Source: Eledone cirrhosa (Eukaryota). From it: a stretch of 64,000 nucleotides of DNA. The notes under the pieces are model-generated. The model ran no database searches and had not been told where the DNA came from. It saw only the letters and a program-made list of their open reading frames with translations. Shown here piece by piece: positions 36,646 through 49,811 of this stretch (position 1 is its first letter; every line of letters starts with the position of its first letter). Position numbers and translations under genes: made by a program. The DNA is taken from the NCBI GenBank assembly GCA_964016885.1, contig OZ024757.1, forward strand, positions 22,196,001-22,260,000, written 5' to 3'.

Positions 36646-37030
36646 TCTATATATTAATTTCAACAATGTCAGTATTCCGTGTGTCATAATTCTCAATTAT
36701 CATTGGTTCATAGGTTTCAAACGACTCCGCCCACCTCAACGACGCCAAACTTAAATTAATATGCATAATGCCAATGAGGGAGTGAGAGGGGAGAGTAAGA
36801 AACAGAGAGGCAAAGTGAACCCTGTAACTATTACCATGTGTGCGTGTGTATGTACGTGCGCGTATGTTTATGTGTGTGTGCGATTTTTTTTTACTGTTTT
36901 TTTGTATCACACAGACACCACGGACTCGCCTCACACTGTAACCAGACAAACATCCAATACAGTCATTTTCTCTTTTACCTGTCTTCTCTTATCATCTGTT
37001 TACCCGGGTGAAGCTGGGTACATCAGCTAG
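36646..37030 (+). mobile_element. Non-autonomous Helitron (second family)
   Basis: A|TC 5' end, subterminal hairpin TACCCGG-GTGAAG-CTGGGTA, CTAG|T 3' end and no TSD. Confidence 0.8.
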
Positions 37031-37434
37031 TTACTATATCTTTTGTAATGTTTTAATGTTTACACAGAGGGAACTAATGTGTGGGCTTGTTAGGGATTTG
37101 AATGAAAAATGCCTGAATATTTTCAATCCCCATCAGTTAATAAAATAAGATGGAGTTTTATCCAAGCTGTATTTCCACGATAATGTGTTGGCTAATTAGG
37201 AGGGTCGTTAAAAAGTTGGATAGAATGTTTTGTAGGATTCAATCCAGCCCTTTATATTCTGAGTTCAAATCCCTTTCATCCTTATAAGGTTAATAAAGTA
37301 AAATACCAGTCATGCACTGGTGTTGATTTAATTGACATTCCCCTTCCTTTCAAATTGCTGGCCTTGTACCTAAATCAGATATTTTTATTGTTAAGGGCAG
37401 TGAATTGGCAGTATAGGTAGAGTGTTGGACACGA

Positions 37435-38960
37435 TGGTGATGGTGATGGTGAAGATAGGGGTGATGATGGTGGTGATGATGGTGGTGATGGTGAAGATAG
37501 TGATGGTGAAGATGGTGGTGATGATAGTGGTGATGGTGGTGCTGATAGTGTGGTAGTGGTAATGATGGTGGTGTTGGTGGTGATAGTGGTAATAGTGGTG
37601 CTGATAGTGGTGATGGTAGTGATGATGGTGGTGATGGTGGTGATGGTAGTGGTGATGGTGGTGATGGTGGTGATGGTGGTGATGGTGGTGATGGTGGTGA
37701 TGGTGGTGATGGTGGTGACGATGGTGGTGTTGGTGGGGATAGTGGTAATAGTGGTGCTGATAGTGGTGATGGTGGTGCTGATAGTGTGGTAGTGGTGATG
37801 GTGGTGGTGTTGGTGGGGATAGTGCTGATAGTGGTGATGGTGGTGGTGTTGGTGGTGGGGATAGTGCTGATAGTGGTGCTTATAGTGGTGATGGTGGTGC
37901 TGATAGTGTGGTAGTGGTGATGGTGGTGGTGGTGGTGGGGATAGTGCTGATAGTGGTGATGGTGGTGGTGATGGTGGTGGTGTTGGTGGTGGGGATAGTG
38001 CTGATAGTGGTGCTGATAGTGCTGATGGTGGTGGTGTTGGTGGGGATAGTGGTGATGGTGGTGATAATGGTGACAGTGATGCTGATAATGGTGACAGCAC
38101 CACTGTGACACTCCATTTTTCTTTATTGATTTCCTAATTTGCACAAAGGAGGTATATTTGGCACCTTCCCTCATTACACATCTACAAACAACAGACTGCA
38201 ATCAAAGTTTAAAGATGGCCACCGTAGTTTCTATGTTTGATTAGTTGTATTGAACATGTTGACTATCAACTGGAAATATCACTTTACAATCACTGATGAT
38301 TTGGTTAATATATGGCTGGTGGTGGTGGTGGTGGTGGTGGTGGTGGTGATGGTGGTGATGGTGGTGGTGATGGTGGTGGTGGTGATGATGGTGGTGGTGG
38401 TGGTGGTGATGGTGGTGGTGGTGGTGATGGTGGTGATCGTGGTGGTGGTGATGATGGTGGTGGTGCCGGTAGTGGTGGTGAGGGTGGTGGTGGTGCCAGT
38501 AGTGGTGGTGAGGGTGGTGGTGGTGGTGGTGAGGGTGGTGGTGGTGGTGATGATGGTGGTAGTGGTGGTGGTAGTGGTGGTGATTATAGTGATGGTGGTG
38601 GTGGTGGTGGTGGTGATGATGGTGGCGGTGCGGGTGGTGGTGGTGAGGGTGGTGGTAGTGGTGATGTTGGTGGTGGTGGTGGTGGTAGCGGTGATGGTGG
38701 TGGTGAGGGTGGTGGCGGTAGTGGGGGTGGTAGTGGTGGTGATGGTGGTGGTGATTATAGTGATGGTGGTGGTGGTGGTGGTGATGGTGGTGGTGATTGT
38801 AGTGGTGGTGGTGGTGGTGTTGTTGGTGGTGTTGGTGGTGGTGGTGGTGGTGGTGGTGGTGGTGGTGGTGGTGGTGGTTGTTGTTGTTGTTGTTGTTGTT
38901 AGTGTATTGGTGGCAATAATGACCCTTGGTGGTGGTGATGCCTGTGATGGCGGCTGTGGT
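37435..38960. repeat. Two (GGT)n tracts (37435-38100, 38315-38960)
   Basis: Degenerate triplets. Confidence 0.95.
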
Positions 38961-39693
38961 AGTGGCTTCTGCAAAAAGGAATCTCTATTTTGAATTTAGA
39001 AAATACCTTAATTATCTTTACCAATTCCCTGCTCCTACACCTGACAAGCCAGTCATTCCCACCACCACCACCACAACCATCACCACCACCACCTGACCCC
39101 CTTTAGCAAGCCTTGCTGTTTGTTGTTGTATCCTTTTGTTGAACTATTCGGGCTGTACAGTGAATCAGGGGGAAAATTGATTTCAAAATAACCTGCATCT
39201 AACTGAACTTTCTGCCAAATTCCTTGGGATGTGCTTAAAGGCTTTTGTCCCCTTCCACCCCACAGCACCACATACCATTCCGATAAAATTCAGAATAAGC
39301 CAGCTTTTGTATCATTCCAAATGAATTGTCAAAGAAAAGTAAAGAGACTCACTAGCTTTACTTTTACTCCATCCCTCTTTATCTATCTGTATTCATATGT
39401 CTATCTATCTACATATAAATATTTATCTCTCTCTATAAATATTTATTTATCAACCTAATCTATCTACTTCACTCTCTACATCTATTATGTCCGATGTTCC
39501 ATACTTGCATGGGTTGAACGGGTCCTTCTCAGTACAGCATCTCTCCGCTTGTGGCGTTGCTTTGTCATTTATTCTATAAGCTTCAGATAAATATTAATAC
39601 CTATCGACATTTATCAATAAATATCTATTTATCTATCTATATCTCTATCTCTATTGATAAATATGTATTTATCTATCTACAAATCTATCTGTT

Positions 39694-39882
39694 AGTCAGG
39701 CCAGGCTTCTCTCTGCTGCTGGTACCATGTAACCCAGTACAATCTGCTTCATGGTTGAGTGGACAGTGACTAAACTGGCTCCATCACTAGACCCTAGCTT
39801 GCTGATGAGGGTAAGTGGAGCCCCAGCAGCACAAAAATCAAGAGCTGTTTAAAGGGGAAGATCAACTTCTCAGTCAACATCC
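39694..39882 (+). mobile_element. Diverged 5' fragment related to 31664-31850
   Basis: CTGGTACCATGTAACCCAGTACAA...GACTAAACTGGC...GAGGGT...AAAGGG. Confidence 0.6.
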
Positions 39883-39888
39883 TCTCTA

Positions 39889-40310
39889 CTGTGCACCAAC
39901 TATGCCTCAGCTGTGCATCCTTTCTAAAACTGTGCACCAACTATGCCTCAGCTGTGCATCCTCTCTAAAACTGTGCACCAACTATGCCTCAGCTGTGCAT
40001 CCTTTCTAAAACTGTGCACCAACTATGCCTCAGCTGTGCATCCTCTCTAAAACTGCACCAACTATACCTCAGCTGTGCATCCTTTCTAAAACTGTGCACC
40101 AACTATGCCTCAGCTGTGCATCCTCTCTAAAACTGCACCAACTATACCTCAGCTGTGCATCCTTTCTAAAACTGTGCACCAACTATGCCTCAGCTGTGCA
40201 TCCTCTCTAAAACTGTGCACCAACTATGCCTCAGCTGTGCATCCTCTCTAAAACTGTGCACCAACTATGCCTCAGCTGTGCATCCTTTCTAAAACTTTGC
40301 AACAACTATG
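39889..40310. repeat. 41-bp minisatellite, about 10 units
   Basis: Unit AACTGTGCACCAACTATGCCTCAGCTGTGCATCCT(C/T)TCTAA. Confidence 0.95.
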
Positions 40311-41141
40311 TCTTGTCTCTGACACTCTATATCAACTCTGCATTGTCTCTAAAATAGTGCACCGAGTATGCATCAACTGTGCATCCCTTTAAAAAAACTA
40401 AGCATTCTTTATAAAACTGTGCACCAACAATGCATCTTCTCTAAAGATGCATTGTATGCACCGAGTATGCATCAACTGTGCATTGTTGATGGACAGGAGA
40501 GGACAGCCATCCTGCAATGAGATGGCTCCCTCCCTTAAGAAAACCATTGAATGAAGAGCATCTTTGTTGCATAAATAGTTAAACAGGTAACTGAAGACAC
40601 ATCTGCTTGAATTCAACAGACCATTGTTTGTGGGGGGAGACTGTTTTGACAAGGATGGGGGGGGGGGGGCAAGAGAGGAGGGGTGAGAGGTTGGAGGAGG
40701 AGAGGAGGATAGCCAAAGAAGAAGTGTTTCTTTATACAGTACCATTTCTTCAAGAAAATGTTGTGGGGTGAGTGCTGGGGTGGGTGGGTGGCTTTGGTAG
40801 AGGAGGAGAAGAAGAAAAAGAGGAGGTGGTAGTGGTCGTGGTGGTGGTGGTGGTGGTGGTGGTCGTGGTGGTGGTCGTGGTGGTGGAGGAAGAGGAGAGG
40901 CAGAAAAACTAAAATTTGCTGATGTGTAATCAACCGATCTCCAGTTGCCACAAAACATTGAATTAAATATGGAAATATGGCTGACAATTGAGGACTTAAA
41001 TAATAAATAATAGATTGGAATTATGAAGAAAAAGTTTTTATAGAGATTTCATTTAATATATGACATCTTGTATCATGTGCGGGCAGGTGTAGTGTGGTGT
41101 GGTGTCTCTCGGCCATCAACTACATACAGATATATATATAT

Positions 41142-41502
41142 ATCATCATCACCATCATCATTTTACGTCTGCTTTTCCCTGCTTGCAAGGGTGGGACGGG
41201 AACTGATTCTGGCTTGATTTCTACAGATGGATGCCCTTCCTAACACCAACCTCGTTTACAGTGAGTGCTGGGTGCTTTTTTGTCATGGCACCTCCACGAC
41301 CACTTTACAGTGTGGGCTGGGTGGTTTTTTGCCGTGGCACCTCCACGACCACTTTGCAGTGGAATGATAGGGACCCCAGTCCCTACCATCTCATTTCTAC
41401 AGCTGAGTAAACTGGAGCAATGTGAAATAAAGTGTCTTGCTCAAGGAAACAACACATCACCATTCTATTGCAAGCCCAATGCTCTAACCACTAAGCTATG
41501 AG
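41142..41502 (-). mobile_element. SINE family B
   Basis: Reverse-complement copy of the 17252-17596 family. Confidence 0.9.
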
Positions 41503-41588
41503 CATATATATATATATATATACATACATATATCTGTATGTGGTTGACGGTTAAGAGAGATGAGTGATCAATACCTTTTCCCAAATAG

Positions 41589-41641
<53 letters not shown>

Positions 41642-41703
41642 CATATGTAGTTGACCACAGAGAGAAAAGAGTACTCAATGCTAAAGTAGAGTTTAAATAT
41701 TCA

Positions 41704-41924
41704 TTTTATTAAGGCTAAATTGCCTTTTTCTCACAGGGTCAGACAAGAACTAAAAATCAATATCGGAGTCAGTCCAAATAAGGGAAGACCATCTTAATTG
41801 ACCCCACCTCAAGTCTCCCTATATTTGTACTCTCTCTGCTTCAGTATTTTAGTTCTTGTCTGATGACCCTGTGAGAAGCAGGCAAAACTAGAGTAAAAAG
41901 ACTCCTATTTAGCCTCAATAAAAT
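41704..41924. mobile_element. Fold-back family 3 with a hammerhead at 41854-41901 (+)
   Basis: UCUUGU-CUGAUGA-CCCUG..CAGG-c-AAAA (CpG-decayed GAAA)-CUAGAG-UA-AAAAGA. The inverted partial arm is at 41704-41755. Confidence 0.65.
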
Positions 41925-42288
41925 AGATATATATAAGAAGATATACTTACTTTAAAATGGCAAATATAAAGTTCTTTTAAGTATATCTTCTTACAATTTT
42001 TATTGTGCTATATACATGTACAAAATACTAACAGTTTCTCAATTGATATCAACACATATTCCTTATATATTGTTTAAACTTGTATAAAATTGTAGGCTCT
42101 GAACTAATGCTCATTGAGCTTTTTAATTGAAAAATATTAATCATTGTATGTATTGATTAAACTTAAATAATTTAGTGTGTGGATATATATATAAAATTTG
42201 GTTAAATTTACATTTTCATCTGTCGAATACACATGTTTTAGTGGGGAAGTTGTTATTTTTGCAGTTTATTGGTTCCATAACAAAGATA

Positions 42289-42343
42289 TTGAACTGACGA
42301 GCTGTAGAAATATCAATTTCCCCAGCGAAATTCCTGAATTCAA
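42289..42343 (+). ncRNA. Hammerhead-like motif lacking the cleavage-site dinucleotide
   Basis: UUGAA-CUGACGA-GCUG/CAGC-GAAA-UUC(CU)GAA-[no UH]-UUCAA. Confidence 0.55.
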
Positions 42344-42461
42344 CAGATGGAAGTTGTAAATTTAACCAAATTCTATATGTTACAACTTGTCCTTCGGAAT
42401 GAATGCTCTGCTAACTTTAGATATAAAGTTTTTAATGAAATTCCCTACATTGGATATATTT

Positions 42462-43385
42462 ATATCATCATCATCGATATTTTTATGTCCATTTTTCCAT
42501 GGTTGCATGCGAGTCTCAGCAATTTGAGTTTAGCTCTCCCCACATCTGCCCAGGTCTTCTTTGGTCTACCTATACTGTGGCTTCCCTCCACTGGGATTTC
42601 CTGGCACTTCTCCACACAGCGATCATCATCCATCTGTATCACATGTCCACACCAATGCAGTCTTCTCTCTTGCACATTACTTCAGATACCTCTTAAACTC
42701 AGTTTCTCGCTCATTTCATCCAATCTCTGCTTTTCTCTCACATTTACATGACATATCCAATGAAGCATGGTTGCTTCAGTTCTCTCCACTCTATGCATGT
42801 CCTCTGCAATCAGTTCATATTTCACTACCATGAAGCATCACACATCATAAAGTCGTCCTTTTGTACATAGAGAGAAACAAATTGTTGTCAATAGTGGGAG
42901 TAGCTCTCTTCTTCCATCCTATCTTTATTCTAGCTATTATGCTCTCAGAGTACCCACTCCGCCGCTAATTAACTCACCAAAATAGCAAAAGCTATCAACC
43001 ACTTCTTTGGATGCTTTCCGTAATTGAAAAAGGTTTATATCACTAACACTCTTTCCCTCGATTACTCCTGTTCATTGTCTACATTCAAAGTCTTCCCTTC
43101 CTGCTAATCTACCTGTTTTCCCCTACATCTCTTGTGTACCCAAGATTTACATTGTGTACATCATATATAGTTTATACCTACTCCTTCTCTATATATATTG
43201 AGCAGGACTTGGCGGAATCAGGGTCATATCTTCTTTTTTACTAGCACTTTAGTTTGGTTTCAGTTTACTCTCAGACCTTTTGGACCAGGTCATCCGCATA
43301 AAGAAGTTCCCATGAACAGCCAGTCTTAAACTCCTTTGTTAAGGCCTGGAGATCTATGCTGAATAGCAGTGGGTTAACAACCAAA
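42462..43385 (-). mobile_element. Decayed RTE LINE RT/C-terminal fragment
   Basis: QERRLHWCGHVIQMDDDRCVEKC...GRPKKTW. Upstream GCSWELLYADDL and DSFCYFG motifs on the minus strand; (GAT)n tail. Confidence 0.85.
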
Positions 43386-43389
43386 CCCA

Positions 43390-43750
43390 GGCTGCCTTCC
43401 TTGTGGCCTATTGGCCCACAACTACTCTGTACAGTTATATTTATTTGGAGTTACTGTTCTCCTAGACAGGTTGCCTTCCTTGTGGCTTACAAAGCCTAAA
43501 TCTTCCCTGCACAGTTTTATTTGGAGTTACTGCCCTCCAACACAGGTTGCCTTCCCTGTGGCCTATTAAACCCCAAACTACCATGTACAGTTATATCTTT
43601 TTGGAGTTACTGCTCTACTAGACAGGTTGGCTTCCTTGTGGGTAACAGAGCCCACATCTATCTTGTACAGTTTTATTCATTTGGAGTTACTACTCTCCAA
43701 GATGAGTTGCCCTCCCTCTCCTCTCATAGTTTACAGAGCCTACATCTGCC
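43390..43750. repeat. Degenerate ~75-80-bp tandem repeat
   Basis: TTGGAGTTACT...CAGGTTGCCTTCCTTGTGG recurs about 4-5 times. Confidence 0.8.
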
Positions 43751-44517
43751 TCAAGGATGTACCTGATAGAAATCAATATTGGGAGAAATAAAAAATGAAA
43801 AATTGAAAACAGCTGCTAAATGACAAAAGAAAAATTAAAGAGAAACGAATTCTTCTGAAATTTTGAAATATTTCCAAAATGATAATGTAATGGGTGAGAT
43901 ATATCTTCATTCAACAATAATACCAAATAATTCCCAAATAACAATAATAATAATTTCACAAAAAATTTAGTACTTGACATTGCTCAAGTGATAATTTCTT
44001 TCTTTTATTCTCATTCTCTAGTGCCCTCCCTATATTATGTTATCTGTGTCATATACTTTATATCTTAATATCACTATGGCACCAGCTAACACCCTCTCCA
44101 CACACACACCTTCTCAATTATATTTTATAGAGTGCTACTGCTTCACTTTACTGCTGCCTTTGCACATCCTACATTATGTCTACATTATCTTATCTGCCTC
44201 ATTGTTTTAAAGTGCTCTTACCAATCTACACATCATATATATCTGCCTATCTCTCTAGATATATATACCTCTCTCTCTCTCTATCTCTCTTCTACATATC
44301 CAGTGGGAGTTTATATGCCCTGATAGAATCTGTTAGAAATCAACCAAATCACTCTCATTACACCCAGCCCTACTTTTTACTAGGTTTGCGAGGACTTTTT
44401 AGTCAAATCACACGCATGATAACCATCTTAAACATGCAGCACCCAGTACACTCTGTTAAGTGGTTGCTGTTAAAATGAACATCAATCATTAAAAACTATA
44501 CTAAACAAAGTGTTCAA

Positions 44518-44708
44518 ACCTTTAGTGTTCACCTCTTTCTGTTGAAACTGGCTGTAACTGGTCACTCAAACTGATGTTAAGGTATTGTTCTCAAAATAAA
44601 TACTTTCAAAATCTCATAGATTCCATATTATGTGAGATAATTATGTGAGGTAAAGCCTTTACCACGAAAATATAATAGTAAATATAGAGTAATGTGAATG
44701 CTAAAGGG
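44518..44708 (-). mobile_element. TTAA MITE copy
   Basis: Homologous to 62850-63059; ends ATGCTAAAGGG|TTAA. Confidence 0.8.
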
Positions 44709-44979
44709 TTAATGTACACAACAATCTATCTATTGTTGGTGCCATAAAATGGCCGTCTGTAAAATAGTTGGTGACAGGAAGAGCATCCAGCCGTAGAACC
44801 CATGCCAAACAAAAGGGCAAGAGTGCTTTTCAGTTGCGACAAAGAGATGGAAACCACCTTAGTGGGTTGAAGCTTTTAAATTTTCAATAATAACATATAT
44901 ATATGTGTGCCTGATTTACACATCACAAAATGTTCAACGGAAAAGACTAAATTTATCAATGCAAATGTAGTAACCTTAT

Positions 44980-45550
44980 CGTGGATTAGCAGTATCGGTA
45001 GAGCATGAGACACCATGCTCTGCAGCATAAAGTTACGCCCCTTTACGATCTGAGTTCAAGTCCCGCCGAGGTTAACTTTGCCTTTCATTCTTATGGGGTC
45101 GATAAAATAAAGTACCAGTAATGCACTGAGGTTGATTTACTCGACTCCCCCTCTCCCCTCAAATTGCTGGCCTTGTGCGTGATGAAGAAACAATTATTAC
45201 AAGGGCAGTGGATTGGCAGAATCGGTAGAGCATCGGACAACATGCTTAGCGGCATAGAGTTATGGCCCTTTACATTCTGAGTTCAAATCTTGCAGAAGTT
45301 AGTTTTTGTCTTTGCCTTTCATCCTTACAGGGTCGATAAAATAAAGTACCAGTAACGTGCTGGGGTTGATTTAATCGACTTTCTCCTTGCCTAAAATTGT
45401 TGGCCATGTGCCAAATCAGAAACCGTTATTACAATTTCTATGAGAGCAGTGGCTTGGTAGAATCGGTAAAACATTGGACAACAGGCTTTGTGGCGTGTAG
45501 TTTCATCCCTTTACAATCTGACTTCAAATTCTGCTGAGGTTGGCTTTGCT
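44980..45550 (+). mobile_element. Three head-to-tail SINE family A copies
   Basis: Repeated GTGGATTGGCAG..TCGGTAGAG heads and cores. Confidence 0.8.
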
Positions 45551-45901
45551 GCAGATCCAGTATCCAAGATACACATTCAGCTTCATACCCATCGTTATTG
45601 CAGCTACAGGTTATATACCAAACAACCTAGACCAAAATATAACTGAATCTTGATTTGTGGAGATAGAATGCAACTCCTTAATTCATAGGCTACAAATGGC
45701 CACAATATCTGGGACCTTCAAAATCTGTTAAACATTCTTATGATTCAAAGGATGAATAATTACACAAGGGATGATGAAAATCGCCTTTTCTTTTTTTAAC
45801 ATTGCCACCAGGATGACGGCTAGTCAAAAATAAACTCAAAATTAAGAGAAAAAAAGAACATACATGCATACATACACACACACACACATATATACATACA
45901 T

Positions 45902-46454
45902 GGTGGCTGCCAACTCGTTTTCGAGTACGGCCACTACTTTATATCCATGTAGGAGAACCCCTACCGATGCGCTGAACGAGTGTGACCTTTTAGTACAGCC
46001 AGCGACTTGAAAACTCTGGTACAAACACTACACTTGTGACAATTATTGACACATAGTGCTGGGCCCATGGTACCATGTGACGACAAGTGCAGAGAGATCT
46101 CCAGATATAAAGCAATGCCTGTGCCATGAAGCTTTTATAGTGAGCAAAGGCACTGCACAAAGCCAGTCCCACTCTCTTAACCAAGATGATATTTACCAAA
46201 AAGAAGAACAAGTCAACATCATTGGATACCATCAGGGTTGCAGGTGTTATATCAGAGTTTTCCTTCTCCTAGAATTCTGCCTTGACAAAGGCTAAGGGGT
46301 CATCTCTCCCGGTGATTTAGGATGGCCATTGACTCTTAAGAGCTTCTTTGCCCTTTGACAGGTTTTCTTTTTAGTCCTGCAGGATGTCCAAAGTCACCCT
46401 CCTCACCAAGAAACCTTGGTGGGGTTGCCAGTTTAGTCGCCAATGACCCGACCA
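45902..46454 (-). mobile_element. Second copy of the bipartite RTE-derived element
   Basis: Highly similar reverse complement of ~31718-32271; flanked by (ACAT)n. Confidence 0.9.
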
Positions 46455-47004
46455 AACATACATACATGCAATGTGAGACTAGATATTAAGAGAGACGGAG
46501 AAATATGGTTGTGTAGAGAAAGTGGGAGAGATAAAGGAATTAATATTGTATCCCAGTGTCATGCCAAATATTGCAGCACTAACATCATAAAACTCTGGTT
46601 TTCTGCTGACATCAATTCACCCATAGAAATTTTTTTTTTTTTTTAAATTTCTTCCACCATATTTCAAATTGGATTGATGTGATACGTTCTGCCAGAAATC
46701 TTGTCATGAATTCTTAATTGATGGTTTCATATATATATCTCTTCCTCAAAGTGTTTCCCATGGCAACATTGCAACAAATCTTCATGTGATGCTGCTTGTC
46801 TTGCAAAGCTGCATCCCCTTCATACACCACCACCACCACTACTGCTGCTGCTACTATGATTGCCACCACTACTACTACTACCACCACCACCACCATTCAT
46901 ATTGAAGTTTTGCATGTTCCTTTCACAGCTCCCTAAAAATACATGTTTTTCTCTCTTCCTCTATTTCACTCTCCCTCCACCCCTTGCACATCCCTCTTTC
47001 TCCA

Positions 47005-47035
<31 letters not shown>

Positions 47036-47082
47036 TCATATAAATGTAATTAGACATGCATATTAGAAACTGGGCATAAAAG

Positions 47083-47533
47083 GGTGGTGACGGTGGTGGT
47101 GGTGGTGGTGGTGACGGTGGTGGTGGTGGAGGTAGTGGTGGTGATGATGGTGGTGATTGTAGTGATGGTGGTGGTGATGATGGTGGAGGTGGTGGTGGTG
47201 GTGGTGGAGGTGGTGGTGGTGATGGTAGTGGTGGTGGTGATGGTAGTGGTGATTGTAGTGGTGATTGTAGTGATGGTGGTGGTGGTGATGGTGGTGATGA
47301 TGGCAGAGGTAGTGGTGGTGGTGATGGTAGTGGTGACGGTGATAGTGGTGGTGGTGGTGGTGATAGTGGTGGTGGTGGTGGAGGTAGTGGTGATTGTAGT
47401 GATGGTGGTGGTGGTGGTGATAATAGTGGTGATGGTGGTGGTGGTGCTGCTGCTGATGATGGTGATGGTGGTGGTGGTGTTGGTGGTGCTGCTGATGATG
47501 GTGTGGGGGGTGTTCATCATCATCATCATCATC
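47083..47533. repeat. (GGT)n tract
   Basis: Degenerate triplets. Confidence 0.95.
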
Positions 47534-47897
47534 TAGTGATAAATATGTATCATATGTATAAATGTTTGTTAGGGTTAATGTAAATGTCACCCTACAGAAT
47601 TCATGTACTCAGGTACATTGTCCATAGAAATTGTAATAATTGGTTCTACCTTAGGCACAAGGTTAACAATTTGAAGTGCAAGGGGCACTTCAATTCAATT
47701 GAATCAACACCAGTGTATTCCTGGTACTTTATTTTATCGACCCTGTAAGGATGGTACATCAATGGTTTGTAGATATCCTCCTTCTCTTGCATTTGTCTTA
47801 CCGCATTGAGAAGAAATGGGCAGGTGACTTTCACAACATGCCAGCTCTTGAATGTTGTCCCAAACAACAATATCAGGCCGAGTCAGCCCTTTAATTT

Positions 47898-48435
47898 ATC
47901 ATCATCATCATCATCATCCTCATTTAACGTCCATCTTCCACGCTTGCATGGGTTTGGACGGGAATTTTCCCACTTGAGACAAGAGTGGTTGTCTTGCTCG
48001 TATAGGACTGTCTGGCGGGTTTTCTACGGATGGATGCCCCTCCTAACACCAACCACGTTTATAGTGTAGAACTGGGAGGTTTTTACCGTGTTACCTACAT
48101 GGCCACATTACAGCGTGGACTGTGTTTTTTTGTCGTGACACCTACACGACCTCATTTGTTTCGGACTGGATGTTGTGGTACCAACATAACTTTACATTGA
48201 AAGGGGCGGTGTGGATGGGGTGGGGGTAGTGGGACGGGGGTGTGTTTTTATTAGAGGTGCCTGCTGACTGTAGGTTTCGCTTTGTACTTAGGCAAGGCGG
48301 GTCTTCTGTATTACTGTGTAGCGCCAAAGATCTCGGTCCAGTGACATTGTCTCGGAGAGCTGTAAGTGTGTGAGGTCGGAATTTATCAAGTCGTCCCAGG
48401 TTTTTCTGGGTCAGCCTATTCCGTGGCTACTGTCT
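47898..48435 (-). mobile_element. RTE LINE 3' end
   Basis: The minus strand encodes PRKTWDDLINSDL; UTR and (GAT)n as at 2236-2749. Confidence 0.85.
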
Positions 48436-48534
48436 ATTTTTATCGCCCTGCACTATTTTATACACTTTTTATATATATATATATTATAGGTAGTTAAACA
48501 CCTGAGTCAGTCTTCTACTTTATATATATATACA

Positions 48535-48680
48535 CTAGCAGTGGTACCCGGCATTGCACAGGATAAGGTATTTTGGAACGCGGGCCGCCAACAGACCTAA
48601 TCGTGGAAAAACTGCATGCCTGGACAATATGTAAAGAAAATAAACCGAATACTCTGATGGCTGGATAATCTTTAAGATTA
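48535..48680 (-). mobile_element. Helitron 3' fragment
   Basis: Reverse complement of ~29795-29937, including the hairpin and CTAG. Confidence 0.8.
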
Positions 48681-49031
48681 CTTTTTCATCAAACTTGCTA
48701 AATTACAGTAAATTTTAAAATCATTTTCATGACAGGCTCATAGTTAAAAATTGATGGGCCACTTGTTTCTTTGCAGGCCCAGGGCTTCAGCCAAGTCAGC
48801 TTCGTGAATCAGATAGTCCTGGACGTAAATGGAACAAAATATATTGTGGAACCCTTGATGTAATGAAATGGGAATGAGAGTTAACAGTGAATGCAATGCT
48901 AGTTGTATTATGTTTGTTCCCAAACAATACATCTTCATCAAAACAGTACTGAAACACATACCTTGTATTGATGTATATTGAAAGCTGATTACACCTGAAT
49001 TGGTCAAGGAATTAAGATGAATATTGAAGTG

Positions 49032-49060
49032 ACTTACCTGCAAAAGAACAAAAATAATCA
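49032..49060 (-). promoter_or_regulatory. Candidate recursive splice site (juxtaposed 3'SS/5'SS)
   Basis: The minus strand reads TGATTATTTTTGTTCTTTTGCAG|GTAAGT. Confidence 0.45.
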
Positions 49061-49194
49061 TTTATATATATATATATATAATATATCAAGTCATAATTAT
49101 ACATAAAATCAAAACACTGCTGTCCAACCCTCCTGAGAGTTTCTTACCACTTCTTCCCACCCCACTCTCTCTCTTTATTATATATATATATATA

Positions 49195-49756
49195 TAAGTA
49201 AGTTAACTTTATAATTTTCTTATTTTACGTCTCTCATATTATTGTTCTGCAACCCCATGCATTGAACCACAAAGTTACTAAGACAAAACCTATATATTTG
49301 CTAGCATTGATATGCATCTGTATGTATATATATGTTACTAGATATATTAATTCTTTATAATTATCTCCAAATTATTTGTCGAGCAATATTGGCCAAGACT
49401 GCTGCTATGGTAGCAGGCAGGCCGCCGTCTTCTTAACAAACCACTTTCCACTGATTAACCTCGATATCACGTGATTGATTCTTTTTGAATTTGCCACCGA
49501 CACAGTAGGCAGTGATTTTTCTCAATGGCTAGGAATTCGGTCCACGCTTTCCTATTTTCTATCCACTGAATTATTTTTGTATAAGTTTTCCAGAGTCCAC
49601 GCTTTGCCTGGAAACTTAGCTGAGAATAGACTTCCCTGACGACGAAATGATTCTCTATATCTTCTTCGGAAAATATATTTATTCCATTTCAGAAACTAAT
49701 TAGTTGGGAGTGAAATTTTAGTAAGTAAGTTAATTTTATAATTTTCTTATTTTACG

Positions 49757-49766
<10 letters not shown>
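49195..49766 (+). mobile_element. 527-bp unit with a 45-bp terminal direct repeat in (TA)n
   Basis: TAAGTAAGTTAA(C/T)TTTATAATTTTCTTATTTTACGTCTCTCATAT at 49195 and 49722; CUGACGA..CGAA/UUCG..GAAA at 49636-49672. Confidence 0.55.
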
Positions 49767-49807
<41 letters not shown>

Positions 49808-49811
<4 letters not shown>

